From assembly GCA_000934665.2 (NCBI GenBank), contig JYFJ02003097.1:1-46467 (forward strand): 46,467 bases of DNA. The letters run 5' to 3'. The stretch is from Catajapyx aquilonaris. Lineage: Eukaryota. Under the pieces are notes generated by a model. The model did not search any database. It was not told the origin of the DNA and saw only the letters and a program-made list of their open reading frames with translations. The translations under genes were made by a program, and so were the position numbers. Shown here in pieces: positions 12,791 through 25,412 of this stretch; position 1 is the stretch's first letter, and the number at the start of each line of letters is the position of its first letter.

Positions 12791-13446
12791 AAGTTACTTC
12801 TGTGTTGGAAATAATATGAATTTCTTTGAAAATATGTGTTCTCATTCATGAAGACAGGTCATTGAGGTAATGTGAGAAAAACTGTCTGTATCCACATCAG
12901 ATATGATAAAATTCACTCTTCAATTGATGCTGATTATCTCAATAATGAGTCTGCTTGACCAAATGACACCTATCTATGAATAAGTAAGCTTCCGGTGCAG
13001 AGTTCATGTTAGAAGTTGTAGTGTGAATCATTATTATCATTGCACGTGCCTGTATGTTATTTTTAATGTTGAATTTTTATTGTTGAATTTTGAAGCTTGC
13101 TATAAAGGGTATTATTTTGTGTTTACCCATTTGATATTTCCTGGTATTATAAATGGCCATCCTGGCTGATACAAGGAAGTATCACATGCGTACACATCAG
13201 ATTAAAGGGTCATGGTGGGTTTTTAAATTTCAATGATAAATCAAGGAAATAACAACTGAATGTAATCTACAGGATAGACACAGATATATCAGTGGATATG
13301 GGCTGGAGGATATTGAGTACCTGTTCTCTTACACAAAGTCCTGTATAAGTAGGAAAGCAGCAAAAGGGTATTTCCAAGCAAAAGAAAGTGCGGCTAGTGC
13401 GTAGTACTGTTACATGTACAATTACAGTATTATTAAGTCAGGCACC

Positions 13447-14900
13447 ATGCTGGTTCATGTTATGAAGTTGGTGTTGCCGATGTTCCTCTTCGCAGTCACT
13501 GCCACTTCTTCACCATACATTGAGTGAGTAGTAGCGTACAGAGTATGCACACAAAAATCTTCAAGGCTTACATTTTCCACTTCACATTACAGCAATGACT
13601 GCAAGCTCCCGGATTGTCGCCGCATGGGCACAGACATCCCAGGAGGACTACACCCAGCAGACACTCCGCAGATGATATTTATAGGATATACTGGCTACAT
13701 CACAAGTAGTGATGTGTTCAAATATATCCAGGATGTTCTTAAAGGAAGAACAAACCCAAATGGTTGCCCCATAGCCATGACATTCTTCATGTCTGAGCCG
13801 TCCAAATCACTTTGCCAAATGGTCCAATACCTGTCGCAGGAGGGAAATGAATTTGTCTCCAACTCCATCAAGTATGTATATCGACTGCAATTACAATTTT
13901 TATATTTTCAGAAAAATTTAGATTGATTGTACACTTGGTATCTTTACAGCATGACGTTCAATTACACATCAGCTCAAGCCTGGAAGGATGAAATGGTTGG
14001 AATGGCAAACTTTATTAAACAATGTGCAAATGCGACTGACAAGATTTTAGTGCGTACTTCTGCTGATATCACTGCAATACTAATTACAGCAACTCTGAAA
14101 TAATGGCCAGCATTTTTCCAAATCTCCCTAGGGAATGAGAGCACCCAACTTAGAAATGGGAGGCAACGTCATGTTCAGCATGGCCCAAGATAACTTTCTC
14201 TGGGACAGCTCCTGGTCCACCCAAGAATTTTCAGAGCATCCCATCTGGCCTTACACCCTCGACTTCAACACAGAAAATCCTCATCAGGTTAGGCTTGCAC
14301 ACTGAAACTGCATATCGTATAATTTAAAATATTCAGGATTGTCCCTTAGGTGGATGTCCTACTCGGAATTTTTCCAAGCTGTGGGAAATACCCTTGGTTG
14401 ACATGTACAGCTTGAACCGCACATTTTGCATCAACCCTGCCTCGTGCACGCCATTGTAAGTGTTGTATCCAGCATCCTCAGTTTCCCAGAGGTAAAAATT
14501 AATCTGTGCTGTTATTTTGTATATGCTATTACCCCAGGCCCAGAAGTGGTGAAGAGGTCATCCAGTTTCTAGACAGCAACTTCAAGCGTGTCTATGAAGG
14601 AACAAGGGCACCTTTTGGCCTCTATTTGGGCCTGTCCTGGTTCAAGCAAATACTGGAACATGATTACATATTCCCATCATATCTGAAGTGGCTGGACGCA
14701 CAGCTTGAGAAGGGGGATGTGTATGTGGTCACTGTTTCCAAGGTCAGTTAGCACTCCACAGGTATACAATTTATTAGGGAAATGTTTTAAAATGTTACAT
14801 GTGATTTCAGGGACTTGAATGGATCAGATACCCGCACAAATTGAGTGACCTCAAAAATTTTAAACCTTGGAGTTGTAATAAAATCGTACGCAACATCTAG
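13447..14900 (+). CDS. Secreted chitin deacetylase-like protein (CE4/NodB fold, no chitin-binding or LDLa domain), 341 aa, predicted catalytically inactive
   Basis: Exons 13447-13523, 13593-13871, 13950-14049, 14132-14287, 14337-14455, 14538-14742, 14811-14900 total 1,026 nt and stay open. Signal peptide, then arthropod CDA motifs CKLPDC, DIPGGL..TPQM, NPNGCPI.TFF, GMRAP.L, WPYTLDF, LWEIP, RAPFGLY, KPWSC. Confidence 0.9.
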
Positions 14901-15287
14901 TTGGCATATGTAATCACTATGTGATGCCAAATGAGGAAAAATGTGTTAAAAGCAAGTCTGTAGTAGGGAATAGAAACTGGAATTTGCTTTTTGCTCCAAT
15001 GAATAGTGGAACCTATTTTACAATCCTCAAATGTTATCATGTTAAGTTGAAACAATAAGGCGGGTTTTTCTGAATTTGGTAAGAAGGGTTTTGTATCAGT
15101 GTATCACCAGTCTACAATCGTAAGAACAGATAGACTACAACTTGACCTTTAATCAATGGCACTCAAACCTGTGTGTATTTAATCTGGTCAGATACGGTAC
15201 CACCTTTAGATAAACAAAACTCCCTTTCATGAAGATACGTGATATATTTCAAGGACATGTCACTGATGTTATGGAAGTAACATTAGT

Positions 15288-16964
15288 TTATGCAGACTTG
15301 GCCACCCCAACCCTGTTTTGGCCCATGTCAAAGGCGCAGTAATAAGGGCCGATGAACACGTCACCCAGAATCCACTGAGGCATACCTGGTCCCATATCCA
15401 TTGCCATGAAGCTGGACATGCACATGTTTTCACCTTGCTGCAAAACGTTGCAAATTATTACTAAAGCATAAGTCCATCATGCATGTGTACTCACCCTCAA
15501 AATGTAATCATTTCCAGACAGCACGAAATTAGCATCGCCAAACACGAACGAGAGAGGGGGCAGGGAGTCTATGGTGTCACAGTTCACCTAAGGAGAGTTG
15601 CAATGAGTTGCAATAAATGTTGTAAGGCTGGCGGTGTACGGTACGTACCATGTAGACCTGCTGCTCTGGATCGTACTGGGCGTTGATAAGCTGGTTGATG
15701 GCCTGCACATCGCTGGTCGGCCCAGCGATGAGACTGGTGCCAGTGTCCACAATGATCTCGCAGCCTCCACTGCACCCAATTCCGTCTCCATTGGACTCCA
15801 GGCTGTCCATGTGCAGCTGCCAGTAGCCCACCTGGGACAATGGAAGCCAGGTGAAGTCTCCTGTGTAGTGGTTTGGGTCTGTTCCGCCCAGAATCAGCTC
15901 TCCTCCAGGGGTTCCAGATGGATCCCTGAAAAAGTGTGCATCATATGTTAAATGTTGCTTCATGCATCACCTGTGTAAAAGCAGTACCTGTTGAGGTAGA
16001 AGGAGAAAATTGGCTGGTCAACAACTCCCTGTTGCACCATAGCCATGAAGACTGGAGGAACACCACTGACTGCCAAGTCTTGGTATGCCATTCCCATGAT
16101 GCCGTCCATATGTCCGTACACAAAAGCATCTCCAACAGTGTGGGTGATCTCAGCAAAAGTCTGACTTTGCACGGGAATTCCTGCCACCTGCATTGTATAA
16201 ATAAATTAAGAGAATGAACGATATTGAATTCAATACATCGTTCATTCTCTTAATTTATTTATACATTATTTATATAAGATATGAAGTACCCTAACAAAGA
16301 TTTCTCTGTCACATTATTTGGCCCTGTCGAGTTATGCACTTACATCAACATTGTCTCCGGACAGGAATCCGGTTGCAGGGCCTGAACCGTAGGAGAATGA
16401 AACCGGAGTTCCATTAGGAGTGTAGCTACTGGATTTGCTGGAGTCATACTTCTTATGGTTGCCTGCAAGTAAATTGCTGGGAGTTAACAAATCAAGCAGA
16501 CGTTTGCTGGATAAGTACTGCACTTACTGCAAGCAGCTTCGCTCGCAGGGCATTGCGAGGAGTACACCCAGAGGTCGGAGGATCCTGTGTCGAAAATGAC
16601 GTTGAATTCCTGGGGTGGGTTCCCGAGGCTTAGTGGGCCGTAATATTCAGCCTGAAAGAAAGTACTTCATTGTAAGAAAGGCTTCCTGTTATAAAGCAGA
16701 GGCGGATACTTACATTTCCGTAATTTTGCAGAGGGTTGATTACAGGGTCTCCTACCCCTCTGTAAACGGGCTTGAAGAGGCGGCCATTTTCACGAGCAAC
16801 CTGAGCTGCCGATTTCGTTTTTTTAAGGGGAATCCTGCGGAAGACATCAACGCAGAGGTAAAATAAACCAAGTGTTTCGCAACAATGGCGACGATATTGT
16901 ACCTGATAAAAGCGTCGCAGGTAAGGGCGAGCAAGCCCACCACGATTACGATTGTTGTCTGCAT
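15288..16964 (-). CDS. Cathepsin D-like aspartic protease copy A (381 aa, soluble, DTG/DTG intact)
   Basis: Exons 16964-16903, 16834-16714, 16651-16528, 16462-16344, 16187-15988, 15925-15649, 15587-15495, 15437-15288 total 1,146 nt. Signal peptide, RIPLKK propeptide, [14 protein letters not shown] flap, [20 protein letters not shown]. Confidence 0.93.
16194..16265. repeat. Copy-A-specific inverted duplication in intron 4
   Basis: TGTATAAATAAATTAAGAGAATGAACGAT ... ATCGTTCATTCTCTTAATTTATTTATACA; the homologous intron of copy B has only one arm. Confidence 0.8.
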
Positions 16965-17010
16965 TTTCGCTCGTAAGCCTCAAGACTTCGAGTCTTCGTC
17001 AGAAGCAATC

Positions 17011-17057
17011 TTTTATAGCTCATGTTATAAGAGTATCTTATCAGGATCGAGGTTATC
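17011..17057 (-). promoter_or_regulatory. TATA box plus GATA sites upstream of protease A (same arrangement at 20848-20897 for B)
   Basis: Minus-strand TATAAAA at 17017-17011, ~50 bp above the ATG, preceded by TGATAAGA and GGATAAC. Confidence 0.55.
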
Positions 17058-17656
17058 CTATAGTTACGCATGACAGGTGAGAACATCTTTGCCCGAGGTT
17101 CTAAAGAAACTTTGCTACTAATACAGGCGACAGGCCCGATGCATCTGTTCTGAATATTCCAAGTCTGCTTTATGCAAAGCAATCTTCAACATCTTTATTA
17201 GACTTCATTATGTGTACCGTATGGTATTTTATGGCAAACCACTTCCAACCAACTGTTTTGGATCTACACACAATTATCATCCTTGGTTTTTTATAAACGT
17301 ACGAAGGTCAATAGTGAAGGATATTCGACCTACAATCTGTGCCTTTTGAAGTTGTCAGTCTATTGTACGAGTTATCCGACTCATGTCTTTTAAAAGATTA
17401 TATAGTTCATAACCCACTTAGACTTTTAGACGTCAGTGTCAACTATTGAGTTTCATTAAGAATGCATCAAAATCATAATTGTCGTCAGTAATGGTATCAA
17501 AGTACTTCCATCTTGAGAACATTAATGCAGGTAAAATTACAACACTTTATGCCCCAGACAGAATGATACTGTCTCGAGAAAAAGATTGAGACAAATAAAT
17601 GGCCAGAATAGATCGAGACACATCTGGAATGCTGGGAGACAGTACTATACTGTACT

Positions 17657-17810
17657 CAATGAATGAATGAATGAATGAATGAATGAATGAATCAATCAAT
17701 CAATTATTTATTTATTTAACCTCCTTGTTTCAATACAAGGAGTCTAACCCAGGACCTCCCTTGTAGCAGTCGGACCCCATATCCCCTCCTCCAACCTTCT
17801 TTGGTTTTGG
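17657..17810 (-). mobile_element. Probable LINE 3' end with an (AATA)n/(ATTG)n/(ATTC)n tail
   Basis: + strand (GAAT)n-(CAAT)n-(TTAT)n microsatellite adjoining a short unique segment; a simple-repeat tail is typical of L2/CR1 3' ends. Confidence 0.4.
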
Positions 17811-17825
17811 GTTATAATATTATAA

Positions 17826-19025
17826 TGTGCTGGGAGAAGTTGGCGCTACATCAGATGATCTAATGGAGGCAGCTACAACCTATTTCATCGCTTTATACGT
17901 TCAATCGCTTATGACATCACTGGAATCTGCTAGATTCAAGATATATTCACTAACATGAAGAAAAGTCCCAAAGTCATGGCCTTGCCACCCACATCCTCTA
18001 ACTTGCTGCAGCATGTTCTTCGGGCCCATCTTCAGGTTATGCTGTGGAAAGCTTGTAACCAGAATGCACCCCCAGCTGAATCAGATGATAATTATAACTT
18101 GATATGGATGGAATATGAAGGATGGAATCTCCGTTCCTGTAATTGATAATGGTGACCCATCTCCTTCAGAGCTCATTGATATATTGAAATGCCAGTGTAA
18201 GGCACAAGGGAAAATGTGTGGCAGTCAGGCTTGCGGCTGCCACAAAGAACATAATTTTCATGCACGTCATACTGCTACAAATGACTGCTCCAGCAAAGAC
18301 TCTCGAATCAGTAGCAACGAATGCAGGTGAGGTTGATCAAGACGATTCTGAAGATATGGACCAGATAGATGATATTGATTGTCCTGATGATATTGATTGC
18401 CATGAGAATTGCCATGAGGATGATAATGAGGATGAATCTACTCAATCTGATTTCATGAATGAGTGGGTCTAAATTAATTTAAATTCTTTCTTTGTGTCAT
18501 TATTGCCATTCTTTAGATATGGTTACTTGTGTAATGATTATTTTCTGAGTTACTGTTTTGTCATTCTAATGAATACTCTTTCATTATGTGTACTTGGTTA
18601 ATATATATTGCAAAATAATAATCAGAATAAATAACAGGTTCTTAATTTTATAATCCAGGCGTTTATTATGATCTTTAATGTATCTGAAGGTTAGGCTACT
18701 GTATGTAATGGGTGGCCATCTTGCAATATGGCCTCTTAGTTTCATTTTGATCATTAATGATGTTTCCAATGAAGTGCTGGGTCGGAAATGGAACAGATAA
18801 ATGAAAAAAAAAAAACTGCCTATGTGCAATACAAGCCAAGAATATGACATTCACACTCTTTTGGTCGGCCATATCTTGGATATATGGTTATTGCTGTAGT
18901 TGCCCAAAGTTGTAGACTCGACAACCAAATTTAATTTGTTGAAGGACCTCATTGGTGTATACAAATCAATCAAAAAAGTTAATAGGAAACGACATTTCCA
19001 GGTTACCAGCCCACCTAATCCACTA
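17826..19025 (+). mobile_element. 3' fragment of an AcademX-like DNA transposon (frameshifted ORF C-terminus plus right terminus)
   Basis: Frameshifted peptides ...ARFKIY..LPPTSSNLLQHVLRAHLQVMLWK..GW..VPV...LKCQCK..C.S..CGCHK, a Cys-rich finger recalled from XPG-type Academ proteins. The element ends ...CCACCTAATCCACTA, just before homology to the protease duplication resumes. Confidence 0.6.
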
Positions 19026-19173
19026 TAAGTCAATGGCACTCAAACCTGTGTGTATTCTGATCAGAATGATACGGTACCACCTTTAAATAAACAAAACTCC
19101 CTTTCATGAAGACACATGATATATTTCAAAGACATGTCACTGATGTTATGCAACTGATGTATGTAACATTAGT

Positions 19174-20801
19174 TTATGCAGACTTGGCTATCCCAACCCT
19201 GTTTTGGCCCATGTCAAAGGCGCAGTAATAAGGGCCAATGAACACGTCACCCAGAATCCACTGAGGTGCACCTGGTCCCAAATCCATTGCCGTGAAGCTG
19301 GAGACGCACGTGTTTTCACCTTGCTGCAAAACGTTGCAAATTATTACTAAAGCATAAATCCATCATGCATGTGTACTCACCCTCCAAATGTAATCATTTC
19401 CAGACAGCACGAAATTAGCATCGCCGAACACAAATGAGATAGGGGGCAGGGAGTCTATGGTGTCACAGTTCACCTAAGGAGAGTTGCAATGAGTTGCAAT
19501 AAATGTTGTAAGGCTGGTGTACAGTACGTACCATGTAGATCTGCTGCTCTGGATCGTACTGCGCGTTGATAAGCTGGTTGATGGCCTGCACATCGCTTGT
19601 GGGCCCAGTGATGAGACTGGTGCCAGTGTCCACTATGATCTCACAGCCTCCACTGCACCCAATTCCGCCTCCATTGGACTCCAGGCTGTCCATGTGCAGC
19701 TGCCAGTAGTTGCCCACCTGGGACAGTGGAAGCCAGGTGAAGTCGCCTGTGTAGTGGTTTGGGTCTGTTCCACCCAGAATCAGCTCTCCTCCAGGGGTTC
19801 CAGATGGATCCCTGAAAAAGTGTGCATCATATGGTAAATGTTGCTTCATACATCACCTGTGTACAAGCAGTACCTGTTGAGATAGAAGGAGAAAATTGGC
19901 TGGTCGACAACTCCCTGTTGCACCATAGCCATGAAGACTGGAGGAGCACCACTGACTGCCAGGTTTTGGTATGCCATTCCCATGATGCCGTCATTCTGTC
20001 CGTACACAAAAGCATCTCCAACAGTGTGGGTGATCTCAGCAAAAGTCTGACTTTGCACGGGAATTCCTGCCACCTGCATTGTATAAAGAAATTAAGAAAA
20101 TGAACAATATTGAAAATATGAAGTACCCTAACAAAGATTGCTCTGTCACATTATTTGGCCCTGTCGAGTTATTCACTTACATCTACGTTGTCTCCGGACA
20201 GGAATCCGGTTGCAGGGCCAGAACCGTAGGAGAATGTAACCGGAGTTCCGTTAGGAGTGTAGCTACTGGATTTGCTGGAGTCATACTTCTTATGGTTGCC
20301 TGCAAGTAAATTGCCATGAGTTAACAAATCAAGCAGACGTTTGCTGGATAAGTACTGCACTTACTGCAAGCAGCTTCGCTCGCAGGGCATTGCGAGGAGT
20401 ACACCCAGAGGTCGGAGGATCCTGTGTCGAAAATGACATTGAATTCCTGGGGCGGGTTTCCGAGGCTTAGTGGGCCATAATATTCAGACTGAAAGAAAGT
20501 ACTTCATTGTAAGAAAGGCTTCCTGTTATAAAGCAGAGGCGGATACTTACATTTCCGTAATTTTGCAGAGGGTTGATTACAGGGTCTCCTACTCCTCTGT
20601 AAACGGGCTTGAAGAGGCGGCCATTTTCACGAGCAACTTGAGCTGCCGATTTCGTTTTTTTAAGGGGAATCCTGCGGAAGACATCAACGCAGAGGTAAAA
20701 TAAACTCAGTGTTTCGCAACAATGGCGATGATATTGTACCTGATAAAAGCGTCGCAGGTAAGGGCGAGCAAGCCCACCACGATTACGATTGTTGTCTGCA
20801 T
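19174..20801 (-). CDS. Cathepsin D-like aspartic protease copy B (382 aa, soluble, DTG/DTG intact), recent duplicate of A
   Basis: Exons 20801-20740, 20671-20551, 20488-20365, 20299-20181, 20073-19874, 19811-19532, 19473-19381, 19323-19174; near-identical to A including introns; 3-nt insertion (QVGNYW). Confidence 0.93.
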
Positions 20802-21305
20802 TTTCGCTCGTAAGCCTCAAGACTTCGAGTCTTCGTCAGAAGCAATCTTTTATAGCTCATGTTATAAGAGTATCTTATCAGGATCGAGGTTATCTTATAG
20901 TTACGTATGACAGGTGAGACCATCTTTGCCCAAGGTTCTAAAGAAACTTTGCTACTAATACAGGCCAGATGCATCGGTTCTGAATATTCCCAGTCTGTTT
21001 TATGCGAAGCATTATTCAATACTTTTATTAGACTTCATTATGTATACTGTAAGGTATTTTATGGCAAACCACTTCCAACCAACTTCTTGGGATCTGTACA
21101 TAATATATTATATCATCCTTGATTTTTTTTATAAACGTACGAAGGTCAATAGTGAAGGATATTCGACCAACAACCTGTGCTTTTTGAAGTTGTCCAGTCT
21201 ATTGTAGGAGTTATCCAACTCATATCTTTTAAAAGATTATATAGTTCACAACCCACTTAGACTTTTAGACATCAGTGTCAACTATTGAGTTTGATTAAGA
21301 ATGCT

Positions 21306-21995
21306 GCCACCAACTCTGTGATCAGACTATTAATCCCATCTTCTACCGACAGATTTTGCCAAGGACCTCGTATCACAAATGCCAGATTGGGGAGAAAAAC
21401 CTCACTAAAGTGATTCGACCAAGTCTCATCAGAAATCGTGTTAGGCTAAGTCTATGGTACTTCATCCATTTTTTTGCCATACAGGTAAAGTCACCAAAAA
21501 TGTCGTTATGGGTAGTACCGTTTATTGGTTTTAGGGAGAGGTATTCTAAGTAATTATAAGTATCCTTCCCCTAGTTGACTATTCTGTCTCTGGAGCGAGT
21601 TTCTAAGGTCGGGGTCATCAGCACTGAGATGGAACCGGCCTATTCGGGCGTTGAAGTCACCAATGATCGACAAGGGTTTATTATGTAAACCTTTTGTATC
21701 TATCTCCTTGAAAAAAATCGTGTAATAGACCGTCATTACTCCGAGTCGGAGGAAAGTGGAAGGCTTTAGCTGTTAGCTCCAATGTCAACTAATGTTCGAA
21801 ACGAGCAATCAGTGTGCATTTTATCGAAGGGTGGCAAAAAAGACTAAAAGAGCAATATTCCACCAGACGGTCTGCCCACCTGGAATTATTTTCATAATGG
21901 CTGGGACATGAAAGATCACGTTATCATTTCACACTTTTAAGGAGGGTGGATCCTCTCGCCAGGTTTCAGTTAAACCCAAAGACTCGATCTCAAAT
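21306..21995 (-). mobile_element. Non-LTR retrotransposon fragment (APE endonuclease region)
   Basis: Minus-strand peptide KPLSIIGDFNARIG (21554-21736) contains the GDFN motif of LINE endonucleases; it interrupts the duplicated promoter block. Confidence 0.7.
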
Positions 21996-21997
21996 AG

Positions 21998-22790
21998 TTA
22001 TCTTATAGTTACATATGACAGGCGAGAACATCTTTGCTCAAGGTTCTAAAAAAACTTTCCTACTTATCCAGGCCAGATGCATGGGTTTTGAATATTCCAA
22101 GTCTGCTTGATGCAAAGCAATATTCAATATTTTTATTAGACTTCATTATGTATACCGTATATGGTATTTTATGGCAAACCACTTCTTGTAGCGAATAATA
22201 TATTGAAGACTTCGGGAGAAGAACGATTAAGGTCCACCTCAGGTGTTTCTATTTCTATTTTCTATTTTCTATTTCCTATTTTAAATTTCGAAGGCCCATA
22301 TGGGTCCATCGAAAATCCCACTTTCGCGGCCTTCCATTGTGACCTATGATCATTGCTCAACAACCACGACCACCGCACCGGTTCCAACCAACTGCTTTGG
22401 ATCTACACAATATAATAATCGTCCTTGATTTTTTTTATGAACATACGAAGGTCAATAGTGAAGGCTATACGACGTACAACCTGTGCTTTCTGAAGTTGTC
22501 AGTCTATTGTAGGAGTTATCCAACTCATATCTTTTAAAAGATTATATAGTTCATAACCCACTTAGACTTTTGGACATCAGTGTCAACTATTGAGTTTGAT
22601 TAAGAATGCATCATAATCATAATTGTCGTCAGTAATTATGGTCTCGAAGTACTTCCATCTTGAGAACATTAATGCAGGTAAAATTACTATATGCCTCAGA
22701 CAGAATGATATTGTCTCGAGAAAAAGATGGAGACAAATTAATGGTCAGAATAGATCGAGATACACCTGGAATGCTGGGAGACTGTACTGT
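21998..22790. repeat. Third copy of the protease A/B upstream block, with a ~195-bp insertion at ~22186-22381
   Basis: Aligns by eye with 17051-17645 and 20890-21305 (GTTACATATGACAGG..., GAAGGTCAATAGTGAAGG..., CTGGAATGCTGGGAGAC). Confidence 0.85.
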
Positions 22791-23276
22791 CAGTACTTAT
22801 CTGAATTAAGATACACTGTCTTATCCCCTTTGCGTTTTTTAGTCGCCTGTGCTCCTCCAATTCTGTGTAGTAAACATGAACACAAGCAGTATATGTTTGC
22901 ACTCAATGATACATTGTGAGGAAGGTACTGTGCATATGAAAAGTATTTCTCCACGAAGGCAATTTTTCAAAACCTTTATTTTGGGCTGGAAAGCATCAGC
23001 ATCTTAGAGCTATAATTATTATGCTAGTAATGTTATCCTTCACTAAATGACTGTATTACATGATACTAACTGTTTGCATGTGTTCATATTTTTGTATTTT
23101 CAGCGGTTAGAAGACAGTGTCATAAACGTATATGAGCAGTAAGACAGAGCAATAGGCCTGCAGTAAATGATAACCTTTCCACACTTCTCCTTCTGCAGGC
23201 AACATTATGACTTCTCAAAAATAAATGGAATCAATTATGCAACATGGCAATAGACTTAAAAAAGCTCATTTTATGT

Positions 23277-24952
<1,676 letters not shown>

Positions 24953-25412
24953 TTTTGACTTCATTATTCCTGATTGTCTCGTTTATAGGCTTTTATACCT
25001 GCTCGCTATATTATCTTATCTCCAAATCATTATCTTTGAAGAAAACGCCTCAGTTTGTAAATGTCATAAACTGTATCGTACTTTTCCTTTAGTGCCTAGT
25101 TTTTTATATATTTCCTGTAATGTAAGAATATTATGCCGCCTGGCTGTAAACACGAGAGGGAAAGCACCTCTCTTTTCCTTTACTACATGTTTGATGTACA
25201 CAAAAGCAAATAGATTTTACAATGAGCAATAACGCAGTAAATCACACATACTGTTGCACAGGTGCTACGACAATGTATTTATTCAACTCGCGATCGTCAC
25301 TGACACTCAACCATTTATTACACGCAATAGTCAGCAACCTGTACTGCACTCCTTGAAGTATCAACCAGAGAGTGGCTCCATATGCATTAAAATCAAGCGT
25401 TTCCCCGCGTGT

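Noticed and set aside
16630..16983. ORF-track proteins starting [11 protein letters not shown] (also 20467-20820)
   Set aside because: They run through introns; the spliced model from ATG 16964 (or 20801) gives a proper signal peptide.
17955..18472. Host tesmin/CXC-domain gene
   Set aside because: Frameshifted, intronless, 5'-truncated and followed by a TE-like terminus; better explained as a transposon relic.
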